Below are positions 30,623 to 39,342 of a DNA stretch of 64,000 bases, one piece after another. The stretch's first letter is position 1; each line of letters begins with the position of its first letter. The position numbers and the translations under genes are program-made. The notes beneath the pieces were generated by a model. The model did not search any database, was not told the origin of the DNA, and saw only the letters and a program-made list of their open reading frames with translations. Origin of the DNA: a virus; IMG/VR virus record IMGVR_UViG_3300025133_000032; one strand, 5' to 3'.

Positions 30623-31801
30623 TTATCCCATCCATATACTGCAACCATTAGGCATAGGAACAAGGCGTAATTGTCTCAAAAGGTTTTCTCCCTTTTCTGC
30701 TTCTCTTTCAATGATCTTATCATACGTAAGTTTTTCCATTGTTTCTTGAAGCTGCGTGCGCATTCTTTCTTGATCTTCGCGACCTTGGTCAAGTAATGAA
30801 TCACCATCAAGTGTAAGTTCTTGTCCAGGGATTGGAACAACTTGATATTTTCTTCTTACTCGTCCAAGAACTTCCTTACACAACGCAAGTGTGTATTGCC
30901 GAATCCACTGGTGAGCCCAGCCACTATTAATATTCTGGTATTGGATTCTACCAAATGGCATCTGTGATATATTCGAAACTGTGCCACTTATCGTTGCATC
31001 AGGTACATCAGGATTCAACGGGTCTGGTGTATTAAATACCCTAACCCACAACTTTTGTGTGCCACGACCGGTCAACTGGGGAGCAGGAAAGATCCTTAGA
31101 TTGGTGCCTATGACCTGATAACTATAATTTGATCTACGAACCCTTTGGGAGACGTCCATCTGGCCTGCACGTAAAATATCTTCGAAAACTGGAAGCACAT
31201 AAAAAATAGTCTCTGGTGTAAATGACTCAAACCCAAACTCATTGTTCAAATAGTTTACTGCTGATGTCGAGTCAAAGAACCTGAATGCAGCTGATGGGCT
31301 AAAGTGGAATATCTCGCCTATTCTCATCCTGGAGCCAGACGCGAAACCTGTCGCTAGGGGGACCTTGGTGTCATCATTCAGCAATTTTGTGTATAGATTA
31401 TAATCCTGCACACCAGGTTCTAATGCGATAGACCCAGATTCAGAATTGTATGCGCCACCGAGACCCGCATACATAGCGTAAGGCTCAGCTTGCCTCATTA
31501 AGAATTCGAGATTGTTTCTAGGATACTGTTGCTCTGATCCCGCTAGCGAGCCAGTCGTTAAACCAAGAAAGCTAGAAATCTGTGATATCGTCTGATATTG
31601 GTTTACCCAATATCCAAAATCTAGTAGCGACTGTTCAAAGCAAGCCCAAATTTGCTTCTTCGTGAGTTCAACACTAAGAATATCATCACCAAGAACACGC
31701 TTCGTAAATGTAACAATAGAGTCAGCTTCAGAAATAAAAGAAGCATCATTGTCAAAAAACCCAAAAGGTGTAGGGTTTAATGTTGTTGCAAATGTAGCCA
31801 C
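30623..31801 (-). CDS. Neck protein/head-tail adaptor (gp13-like)
   Basis: LGDDILSVELT and WIRQYTLALCKEVLGRVRRKY..VPIPG..LTLDG motifs. Confidence 0.8.
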   Translation of the reverse strand: MATFATTLNPTPFGFFDNDASFISEADSIVTFTKRVLGDDILSVELTKKQIWACFEQSLLDFGYWVNQYQTISQISSFLGLTTGSLAGSEQQYPRNNLEFLMRQAEPYAMYAGLGGAYNSESGSIALEPGVQDYNLYTKLLNDDTKVPLATGFASGSRMRIGEIFHFSPSAAFRFFDSTSAVNYLNNEFGFESFTPETIFYVLPVFEDILRAGQMDVSQRVRRSNYSYQVIGTNLRIFPAPQLTGRGTQKLWVRVFNTPDPLNPDVPDATISGTVSNISQMPFGRIQYQNINSGWAHQWIRQYTLALCKEVLGRVRRKYQVVPIPGQELTLDGDSLLDQGREDQERMRTQLQETMEKLTYDKIIEREAEKGENLLRQLRLVPMPNGCSIWMG

Positions 31802-32325
31802 TATTTACCTGCCTTCGCTTTATTTCTTCTATCATATAGTTCTCGTAGCGTTAACTCTTTCGCTGGAGCCGACGCAGGCTTAGAAACGATGGCTGCCTCT
31901 TGAACTCTTCTTGGTTTAATACTTTTTTCTGATTTCCCTATACCAATAAGCGATGCAGAGACTGCAGCTGGTTCGATAACCTTCGTTTGCGAAGTGACAG
32001 AAACAGACTCGGCGACAACCGTCGTTGCAAGTTCAAAGTTAGCAACGAAATTCATAGGAACGAATAATTTATTGTCAACAATCGCCTCAAGGTGGACATT
32101 GTTACGCCCAGGATTAACAAACTCCTGTAGAGCTGGAATATCTACTCTTACGTCGCCATCATCCGTCGGCGCACCATGGAACATAAGCTCTAAGCCATTC
32201 TTTCCCTCGCAGACAAGTCTCCAAACAGATTTCGCGTCGCTTGAACCCTGTACTTTAACACAAAATGTTAATTTATTCTTCTCATCTAGTTTTAGAGAGA
32301 TAGCCTCAGTCTCATTCATATTCAC
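31801..32325 (-). CDS. Hypothetical virion-module protein (174 aa)
   Basis: Coupled to the neck gene; ATACTTAT upstream. Confidence 0.65.
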   Translation of the reverse strand: MNMNETEAISLKLDEKNKLTFCVKVQGSSDAKSVWRLVCEGKNGLELMFHGAPTDDGDVRVDIPALQEFVNPGRNNVHLEAIVDNKLFVPMNFVANFELATTVVAESVSVTSQTKVIEPAAVSASLIGIGKSEKSIKPRRVQEAAIVSKPASAPAKELTLRELYDRRNKAKAGK

Positions 32326-32343
32326 TTACTCCTGTTATAAGTA

Positions 32344-32925
32344 TTAGATTCTATACTTAATTATAACAGGAACTGCGCCTCTATTCGTTAACTTTTTTAA
32401 AAGTAGCTGATTCATGTTATTGTATGTATATCTATCATACAGTTTGTCTATTGTTTGTGTATTATTCATTGTTGTCATACAGGATACGTCAATTAAGATT
32501 TCAATAACTTCACAAAATTTTTGCGATAACTCTGAATATACTGGATGCCCACCGACGCCAGAAGCTTCAGCGTAGCCTAACTTGCCCATATCAGCGTAAT
32601 AACCGAATAGAGAATTTGTTATTACGCTGTCATTTAAAAACCCAGATACAAACAACGAGACATCACCGAGCCTTTTAAAAGCATGAGTGCGTTCTTCTCG
32701 TTGTTTGTATAACGCATTTTCGTACAGCACTACAAGAGGAGTTGTGCCATTATAATTAGTACCAAATTCATGCAGCATAACAGGATCTGCAAATGTGGTT
32801 AATAAATTTGTTAAATACTGTTTAGATAAATCACTTAATAAGAAGCCAGTTTTGTCTAAACAATCATTTAAAAGGTTCTGGAAATATAAGAAAATTGTAT
32901 TTTCGACTAAGTCTTTTTTGTTCAC
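32344..32925 (-). CDS. Conserved bacterial-type hypothetical protein (LGDVSLFVSGF family)
   Basis: YLTNLL, FKRLGDVSLFVSGFLNDS, YYADMGKLGY and YSELSQKF recall a cellular all-helical family. Confidence 0.65.
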   Translation of the reverse strand: MNKKDLVENTIFLYFQNLLNDCLDKTGFLLSDLSKQYLTNLLTTFADPVMLHEFGTNYNGTTPLVVLYENALYKQREERTHAFKRLGDVSLFVSGFLNDSVITNSLFGYYADMGKLGYAEASGVGGHPVYSELSQKFCEVIEILIDVSCMTTMNNTQTIDKLYDRYTYNNMNQLLLKKLTNRGAVPVIIKYRI

Positions 32926-32938
32926 TTATAAGTATATA

Positions 32939-33172
32939 TCATGATGCGAGTGTAATAAAATCTTCTCTCCATTGTGAAATGGTTTCATTGACCAAAACAT
33001 TCCAGTATCTATGTTCTGTATCGACAGCTTCATATGCCGTATCATCGATGTCAATTATAATCCCTAAACCAGACAACGACAGTGTTGTTAATGTAGTTAA
33101 CGAAATTTTGCAGTTATTTTCTGGTTGTGACCAGATATGAAAAACGGAATCACCAGGCGTAAATTTATTCAT
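32939..33172 (-). CDS. Small hypothetical protein
   Basis: MNKFTPGDSV start; TGTATAAT just upstream. Confidence 0.55.
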   Translation of the reverse strand: MNKFTPGDSVFHIWSQPENNCKISLTTLTTLSLSGLGIIIDIDDTAYEAVDTEHRYWNVLVNETISQWREDFITLAS

Positions 33173-33203
33173 ATTTAATTATACAATGAAGTGAATAGAA
33201 AAA

Positions 33204-33623
33204 CTATAATAAATCAGCTATATTATTCTTATAGAAAAGTTCTTTCACTTCATCATAAAGTTTCATAGAGTCATTTTCTCTCTCTATTTTTCTTACAGTG
33301 GCAGCGGCGCACTCGTCTGTCCACTCAGCAAGCTTTAAATTATATACCTGAAGTTTGTCTTTATATTCAGCTAGTTGCTTTTCATATTTTGCATTTGGTG
33401 TGATTATTACGTATGAGACGTATGCGACATTATTATTAACCTGCACAGTGATGTTGCTTGCAGGTACATCAGTAGGTATGAGATTTATTAGATCGGCAAG
33501 GGTGGTAGATCCACTAGATGATGACCAAATGCACTCTGTCTTTTTTGTCGTTTCGTTGGGTCTACGAGGTTTTGACGGCTTCTTTGAGACAAGCTCTGTA
33601 ACTATGTTTCTAACTTTCTGCAT
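33204..33623 (-). CDS. Hypothetical protein (139 aa)
   Basis: Co-oriented ORF; ATAGTTAT upstream. Confidence 0.55.
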   Translation of the reverse strand: MQKVRNIVTELVSKKPSKPRRPNETTKKTECIWSSSSGSTTLADLINLIPTDVPASNITVQVNNNVAYVSYVIITPNAKYEKQLAEYKDKLQVYNLKLAEWTDECAAATVRKIERENDSMKLYDEVKELFYKNNIADLL

Positions 33624-33644
33624 GTGATATCCAATAATAACTAT

Positions 33645-34262
33645 TTATGAATCTGGATTAAAGCCACCATGGACTATTAAGCCATGTACGTCTTGCTTTA
33701 AAATGATAGCTATACGTGCGTGCTCTATACACCAGTCTTTGATGGCTGTGAATCTTCTCTGTGCTTCGCGATCAGCAAAATCATCTATTATGTAAATTAT
33801 TTTCTTTTTAAGGTGAAGCAAACTTGGCTTGTATAAATGAATCTTTCCAGAAGAATCTTCCCAGGGTATTTTCGCGCCTGAATCGACGTATACTGGATCA
33901 TTCGCTTTGACGCACGCGTTAAAAAGCTCGACATCAGCGTACGTTGCAAGATATTCTTCTTGTCCATTAAATGGATTAGCGAACCAGCCTGGTGAATTAA
34001 TAACAACATCTGCAGGTGTCACAGACATTGAGTTTTGCAAGCCGGAATTATCATGCCCTTTAATATATTTTGCAAACCCGCCCTTTCTCCATGGAAGCCT
34101 TTCTGAGCACCCGCAAATGCAGACTGGCCAGATGTTATTATGTTCATATTTAACGATATATTCTGGCCAGTCTGTTTCATGTGCAGTTCTAACATGTCGC
34201 GCAAGAACATTATTTGAGTTCGCAACGGCTTTATCACAAATTTTACAAATAAGCGTTTTCAT
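33645..34262 (-). CDS. Zn-finger protein with degenerate TnsA-like endonuclease domain
   Basis: CKIC..H...H and CICGC motifs; KIPWEDSSGKIHLYKPSLL where active members have PD...ExK. Confidence 0.55.
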   Translation of the reverse strand: MKTLICKICDKAVANSNNVLARHVRTAHETDWPEYIVKYEHNNIWPVCICGCSERLPWRKGGFAKYIKGHDNSGLQNSMSVTPADVVINSPGWFANPFNGQEEYLATYADVELFNACVKANDPVYVDSGAKIPWEDSSGKIHLYKPSLLHLKKKIIYIIDDFADREAQRRFTAIKDWCIEHARIAIILKQDVHGLIVHGGFNPDS

Positions 34263-34432
34263 CTATATTACTTTAAATATACACGCTTTTTGTAAAATTT
34301 GTTCAATAATTATTCTAATCCTTCAATTAGTGCCTATATTACATCCAGAACATACTTAAAGTAGAGCCTGTTGCCCTTTAGATACATGATATACTGATTA
34401 TTATAGAACCTATATTAAAAATATCATGGCAT

Positions 34433-34666
34433 CTAGATGTAAGCAGGAGTATTGAGTAAGCGAAGGAATCTTAAACAACTTTTGCCTATAATAAAGATGT
34501 CACCCTTGTAAAGGAAAGTGGCGCTTAAGGCGGTGGCGCTGGTATTTAAGCAGATAGCAACTTGCTTTGGCTTCATAACAGTAATGTGATATATACCACT
34601 CTTGATATTACTGTCTGTCATGAAGGGCCGCACTATTTCATACATACACCCAGGTTCAAACTTCAT
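34433..34666 (-). CDS. Small hypothetical protein
   Basis: MKFEPGCMYEI start; overlaps the upstream gene. Confidence 0.5.
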   Translation of the reverse strand: MKFEPGCMYEIVRPFMTDSNIKSGIYHITVMKPKQVAICLNTSATALSATFLYKGDIFIIGKSCLRFLRLLNTPAYI

Positions 34667-34997
34667 CTCGTTTTCTTTCTACAGAGAGGCGCCAAGTATC
34701 ATTCTTTGACAATGTAGCCTCCAAGAAGCTATGTGGAACATCAAAGAATGGAGGACTATCAATCTCTGGTATTCTTAAATATCCCCAACTCTTTTGTGTC
34801 TTAAGATAAGTGCCTTCACCAATGACATAGCAGAATAACATTGGGCCTAAATTGTTTATGCATACAACCCATACATGTGATTTTTTATCATCATATTCAA
34901 CGCAGTTTTCTGTTACTTTCTCAACAACGGCTTGTCTGCCTTCACCAGGCATTGCTATCCAGCCATTAAGCTTCTTGTTATCGTCGTCTGTTGTCAT
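34656..34997 (-). CDS. Hypothetical protein, DUF6927-like
   Basis: WGY...E...P.FFDVP...L......WR pattern; family assignment from memory. Confidence 0.5.
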   Translation of the reverse strand: MTTDDDNKKLNGWIAMPGEGRQAVVEKVTENCVEYDDKKSHVWVVCINNLGPMLFCYVIGEGTYLKTQKSWGYLRIPEIDSPPFFDVPHSFLEATLSKNDTWRLSVERKRDEV

Positions 34998-34998
34998 A

Positions 34999-35583
34999 TT
35001 ACTTGATTACCTTATCAACCAAGCCGTATGCTACAGAATCTTTCGCGGAAAGATAAGTATCTCGTTCTGTATCCTTGGTTATTTTCTTCTTTTTTTGGCC
35101 AGTATGCTTTGCTAAGATCTTGGTTAGTTTCTTCTTGACAAATCGCATCTCAGTTGTGGCAATTTCCACGTCTGTGACTTGGCCATAGCAGCCCCCGGTA
35201 GGTTGATGAATCATTACCCTTGCGCTGGGAAGAATTGTTCTGTGCCCTTTGCTACCAGCAGCCAAAAGTACTGCAGCCATAGATGCAGCTTGGCCCATAC
35301 AAACTGTTGCTACCTTGCACTTTAAGGACTGCATTGTGTCATAAATCGCAAGGCCAGCCGAAACACTACCACCCGGGCAGTTTATATAGAGGTTGATTTT
35401 TGCATCGCTATCCGCTTGATCTAAAAATAACAACTGTGCAATCAGCACATTTGCAGTTTCATCATCAATAGCTGATGTTAAAAACAGTACTCTTTCTTTC
35501 ATCATGCGAGAATAAATGTCATAAACACGCTCGCCTTCATCAGTTTGTTCAATAATAATCGGTGTTGATACCATATAAATCAT
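34999..35583 (-). CDS. clpP: ATP-dependent Clp protease proteolytic subunit
   Basis: YDIYSR, YINCPGGSV, GQAASMA (Ser), VMIHQP (His) and ERDTYLSA (Asp). Confidence 0.95.
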   Translation of the reverse strand: MIYMVSTPIIIEQTDEGERVYDIYSRMMKERVLFLTSAIDDETANVLIAQLLFLDQADSDAKINLYINCPGGSVSAGLAIYDTMQSLKCKVATVCMGQAASMAAVLLAAGSKGHRTILPSARVMIHQPTGGCYGQVTDVEIATTEMRFVKKKLTKILAKHTGQKKKKITKDTERDTYLSAKDSVAYGLVDKVIK

Positions 35584-35609
35584 TATATAACATTGTGTTT
35601 TAATTTACA

Positions 35610-35909
35610 CTAGATTCCTTTGCAAAGGAATTTGACGTTAGCCAATAGTGTAGTATGAAAAGAGGCAACTGTAGCATAAACTTTACCTTTTAAGAGAAGA
35701 TACAGATTATATTCATCACTTCCATTACTGTGTATATACCCTATAATGATGAAGTAATCAGACGCGAGGAAGTACGGGCAGGTCCACCCGGTCACCTGCC
35801 GACTATCAGACAAGGCAGCTAAACGGCAGTATGTTACTAGATTAACCAGCGAACCTAATGGATATAAGCGTTTTAAATGCTCTAAGCTATTAATATAGTC
35901 GGTGGACAT
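35610..35909 (-). CDS. Small paralog array member
   Basis: LEHLKRLYPLGSLV. Confidence 0.65.
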   Translation of the reverse strand: MSTDYINSLEHLKRLYPLGSLVNLVTYCRLAALSDSRQVTGWTCPYFLASDYFIIIGYIHSNGSDEYNLYLLLKGKVYATVASFHTTLLANVKFLCKGI

Positions 35910-35942
35910 TACACTATTACCTCAAATGGGGTAGACATTATT

Positions 35943-36296
35943 TTACGTTAGATTTTTATTCATACTTGCGATCACACGAAAAGCTCTCAGGGGTGTTGAA
36001 TGAAAAAAGAAGTCAGTAGCATAGCATGTGTTGTTCAAAAAAAGGTATAGATTATAACTAACGTGAAAGTCAGTGCCGGTGTACGTGTGGCCTACAATTA
36101 CAAAATTGGTGCCAGGCTCAGCGGTAAAGTGTTCTAAAGTGCTTGTTGCATACCCGATCCAGGAGCCCACTACATTAGAATACACGGGTAAATCATCACC
36201 TGCCGCTATGACTTCGATTGCTTCGTTTGAAGTCGCGATCGCACCGAGCGGAAACAATCGTTTAAAGTGTTCTAGGCTTGTTATCGTATTGGGCAT
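35943..36296 (-). CDS. Small paralog array member
   Basis: LEHFKRLFPLGAIA. Confidence 0.65.
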   Translation of the reverse strand: MPNTITSLEHFKRLFPLGAIATSNEAIEVIAAGDDLPVYSNVVGSWIGYATSTLEHFTAEPGTNFVIVGHTYTGTDFHVSYNLYLFLNNTCYATDFFFHSTPLRAFRVIASMNKNLT

Positions 36297-36562
36297 CGCG
36301 CTATAACCTTGAATGGGACAAGAATGCTGTTTGAAATGTTTATCTTTACTATCATCCTATTAAAATAAAATCTAAATAATCGTGTATGAGATAGCTCACG
36401 CATCCCTAAAGAAACAAGCGGAGATGTATAAGGAACGTCTATAATTTCAGTCCAATCTTGCCAAAAATGAAAAGTAATGTCCGTAGAACTAACTACGAGA
36501 TCTCCTGGCTGGATGTAGTATTCACTGGGGGTCTCGTAGTAATAAGACTCGATATCAGACAT
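36281..36562 (-). CDS. Small paralog array member (divergent)
   Basis: YIQPGDLV...FRFYF...FKVIA. Confidence 0.55.
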   Translation of the reverse strand: MSDIESYYYETPSEYYIQPGDLVVSSTDITFHFWQDWTEIIDVPYTSPLVSLGMRELSHTRLFRFYFNRMIVKINISNSILVPFKVIARCPIR

Positions 36563-36821
36563 GACGAAAAAGATCCTCGAGTGTTCTATAATAAAATGCA
36601 GCAGTAGTGTAATGTTCGCGCCTGTAGTAAAGATGAAGTCGGTAATAGTATGCGTGTGATTTCACAAACCCTAAAACGATGCCTGCAGTGTTTTCATCAA
36701 ACCATGGCTTGTCATTTGGCCGGGAGAGCACTCGATATAACCACAATCTCCTACATGAAACTGGAGATATCAGCGAGCCAATGGGGAATTCTTTTTCCAG
36801 TTCTTGAATGTACTTATCCAT
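36555..36821 (-). CDS. Small paralog array member
   Basis: IQELEKEFPIGSLISPVSCRRLWL. Confidence 0.7.
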   Translation of the reverse strand: MDKYIQELEKEFPIGSLISPVSCRRLWLYRVLSRPNDKPWFDENTAGIVLGFVKSHAYYYRLHLYYRREHYTTAAFYYRTLEDLFRHV

Positions 36822-37101
36822 TGTGGTAACCTGCTATAACTATAAAAAGCTCTTTGAACATTTCATTCCCATAGGCTGCAGTTATATAGCATGCACCTTT
36901 ATAGTAAATAACCATCCCATGATATGCTGCAGAATATTGCTCGAACCCTAAAACAACAGCAATTGTATCTTCAACAAAATCTAGTGCAGGTGCAGTGTAT
37001 GAACCTGCTGAGCCCGGTAACCACAGTCTTCTGCACGAAACTGGAGATATCAGCGAGCCAATAGGAAATTCTTTTTCCAGTGGTTGAATGCAATTATCCA
37101 T
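36739..37101. repeat. 83-bp imperfect direct repeat (36739-36821 and 37019-37101)
   Basis: Shared gaaactggagatatcagcgagccaat and attctttttccagt at the 5' ends of two adjacent paralogs. Confidence 0.85.
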
Positions 37102-37110
37102 TATAGACAC
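36814..37110 (-). CDS. Small paralog array member
   Basis: IQPLEKEFPIGSLISPVSCRRLWL; true start may be 37101. Confidence 0.7.
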   Translation of the reverse strand: MSIMDNCIQPLEKEFPIGSLISPVSCRRLWLPGSAGSYTAPALDFVEDTIAVVLGFEQYSAAYHGMVIYYKGACYITAAYGNEMFKELFIVIAGYHNG

Positions 37111-37403
37111 CCGACCAATATAAAACTGTCTGTCAACTTTTCCAATGTGACACCATCCGTAGTGACTATGCCATCCGCAGAATATAGCGTTAGTGCTATA
37201 ATGCCTCGGTGCTTATATGGTTTTACGCAATTTAAGACTATAAAACATCCAGGTCTAGAGAAAGGTCGAAGGTAAGTAAGAGCGTCTTTCTTCACTTCAT
37301 AACGCATACATGTATGTGCGTTATATAAACTAGTAGCTGTTCGTTTAAGAGATATTAAAGCCCCAGCAGGAAACCCTTTTTTAGCTTGGGCTATCATAGA
37401 CAT
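37101..37403 (-). CDS. Small paralog array member
   Basis: KKGFPAGALI...PGCFIVL...GIVTT...FILVGCL. Confidence 0.65.
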   Translation of the reverse strand: MSMIAQAKKGFPAGALISLKRTATSLYNAHTCMRYEVKKDALTYLRPFSRPGCFIVLNCVKPYKHRGIIALTLYSADGIVTTDGVTLEKLTDSFILVGCL

Positions 37404-37750
37404 TTGACCAGCATAAAGTTTTCTAATAATCTATAGAGTGGATCACCTGTAGTTGTTAATATACCACTCGTTGACCATAATATCAACGCAACTTGCTTAT
37501 CTCGCTTTACTTTCCAACCTAAAACCACAAAGCATCCTGGACCTCCGAGAGATTGGGAGAACATATATTCATTTAATATAGATGTATAGTGAATGTCTAC
37601 ACGCGGGCCTAAATCACCTCGCTTAATAATCCAATTCCCTCTAAAGAAAACTAAAGATCCACGGGGAAACTCTTTTTCTACATCAACCAGCAAATAATAT
37701 TTTTCGTGAACGAATAAACTTTCAGGAGATAATTTGTTTTTCCGTTCCAC
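37394..37750 (-). CDS. Small paralog array member
   Basis: VEKEFPRGSLV...PGCFVVL...GILTT...FMLVKCL. Confidence 0.65.
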   Translation of the reverse strand: MERKNKLSPESLFVHEKYYLLVDVEKEFPRGSLVFFRGNWIIKRGDLGPRVDIHYTSILNEYMFSQSLGGPGCFVVLGWKVKRDKQVALILWSTSGILTTTGDPLYRLLENFMLVKCL

Positions 37751-37768
37751 TTAATATATTATATTACT

Positions 37769-39211
37769 TTATTCACAGATTTGCATCATATATTTTTTGC
37801 TGCCGCAGCCATAAATTTTGTTTACGCCCGCTACGCCAGCCACTGCTTGCTCAGTCATCCCGTCTTTTGCACGAAATTTAAATCTAGAATAACGTTTACT
37901 ACCATCATTATAGTCGTAGCTCAATCCTGTCCACCCTATATCTTCAAATCCAGCTTTTTTGTATCCTAAACCCTGGCCATATCGTAAATCTGCATAAGTG
38001 ACAATAGACTTATAACCTTTGCTTCGGCATATAAGACGACCTCGTTTTAAAAGCTTTTGCAATCCGCCTACTACACATGTATCAAGTAATGAAGCGAATC
38101 GAGCAACCTCAGCTGAGCCCTTGTATTTTGACGTGTGAAACGGCTTCCTGAAGGATATAGCAGATACTAACTCGTCTTTTTCATAGAGGCCTAAATTGAC
38201 TATCCCAGCCCTTGTATAACCAGCGACATGCGTTGAATCAAAGAATCGTCTAGCTTCTTGTGTAGAAATCTCTCTGACACTGCACTTTCTAGCGTATACT
38301 CTGCGCTTGGTGGTGCCCAACCTGTATGCTATCATTGACTTGACGATCGCCTGTTTATCTCTCCATTCATCCTCAAATATATGAATAAGATTAATATTTA
38401 AAGCTTCACACGCAACAGTCTTAGCGTAATGTCTATCTTTTCTTGTGTCTTTTTCGCTATATGAATGATAATAGAAGCTATCATATTCAATAGCAACTTT
38501 GCGAGATGGTATGTAGATATCAAGCTCTTTAGGCCCAATCGCTTCTCTGTCATTGTAAATTAAGTCTGTAATGCCTAATGTCTTTATGAAATCTGCTATC
38601 TCAAGTTGAGCGACAGACCCACCTGGATGACATGTCTTGCAGATAGGATTACGCTCAAAGTTAAGAAGTGTGTGTTCTATAACATCATCGCATGTTTGAC
38701 ACTTGAATAAAAGCTTCTGGCCTTGTCTGTACTTATAATCATTATAACTGGATAGGCATATGAACCTATCTGGCTTTGAGTTTACGCGATTTGAAAATTC
38801 TTCTAATGAAAGTCTATGTTTATCCGCATTAGACTTTTTGGCAGCATCAGTGTGTTTTTTTCCGTAGAAAGGATTCAGTTTACCAGGGAACGTCGATTTT
38901 TCAATTCTTGAATCAGTGTTGATTGTCTTGCCTTTATTCCATGCTTGAGCTTTCCCTCCCTTTGTGCCTCCTCGAGACTCAGCAATTGAACTATGTTTCT
39001 TGCAATAATCTTTAAAGTCATATGTGCAGTATCTAGTTGGTTCACCACACTCCAAGCATTCGGGTAGTTTACCAGCACGGAGGTATTTGACAGTGTATTC
39101 ATGAGCTTTTAACTTGTGCTTAGATAATACATGTTTAGAAAAGTGCCAGGGCCGAGTTTCAATGTGGCCGCAAATAGCGCATATCGTAGGGTATATTTTT
39201 TTGTTTGTCAT
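37769..39211 (-). CDS. Hef-like free-standing endonuclease, second copy
   Basis: C2H2 N-terminus, NPFYGKKHT (NUMOD3-like), ELDIYIPSRKVAIEYD, IHIFEDEW, EVARFAS...VGGLQKLL and TYADLRYG. Confidence 0.75.
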   Translation of the reverse strand: MTNKKIYPTICAICGHIETRPWHFSKHVLSKHKLKAHEYTVKYLRAGKLPECLECGEPTRYCTYDFKDYCKKHSSIAESRGGTKGGKAQAWNKGKTINTDSRIEKSTFPGKLNPFYGKKHTDAAKKSNADKHRLSLEEFSNRVNSKPDRFICLSSYNDYKYRQGQKLLFKCQTCDDVIEHTLLNFERNPICKTCHPGGSVAQLEIADFIKTLGITDLIYNDREAIGPKELDIYIPSRKVAIEYDSFYYHSYSEKDTRKDRHYAKTVACEALNINLIHIFEDEWRDKQAIVKSMIAYRLGTTKRRVYARKCSVREISTQEARRFFDSTHVAGYTRAGIVNLGLYEKDELVSAISFRKPFHTSKYKGSAEVARFASLLDTCVVGGLQKLLKRGRLICRSKGYKSIVTYADLRYGQGLGYKKAGFEDIGWTGLSYDYNDGSKRYSRFKFRAKDGMTEQAVAGVAGVNKIYGCGSKKYMMQICE

Positions 39212-39216
39212 GCATC

Positions 39217-39245
39217 ATTATACCTTTACGTGGCGTTGTTGTAAA
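39217..39245 (-). promoter_or_regulatory. Near-consensus sigma70 promoter, leaderless
   Basis: TTTACA-N17-TATAAT, 5 nt before the ATG. Confidence 0.7.
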
Positions 39246-39275
39246 CTTGCGTTGTAACAACTCAGCTCATTTTTT

Positions 39276-39307
39276 AAAGAAAAAAAGGGAGCCGCAAGGG
39301 CTCCCTT
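39276..39307 (-). terminator. Rho-independent terminator after the major capsid gene
   Basis: aagggagcc-cttgc-ggctccctt followed by a U-rich tract on the minus strand. Confidence 0.85.
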
Positions 39308-39342
39308 CTTAAGTTTAAGATTTCTCTAAGGTACCAATATTA

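Noticed and set aside
34263-34432. Possible decayed array paralog (HDIFNIGSIIISISCI*)
   Set aside because: The similarity is short, with no in-frame start; it could be chance in AT-rich DNA.
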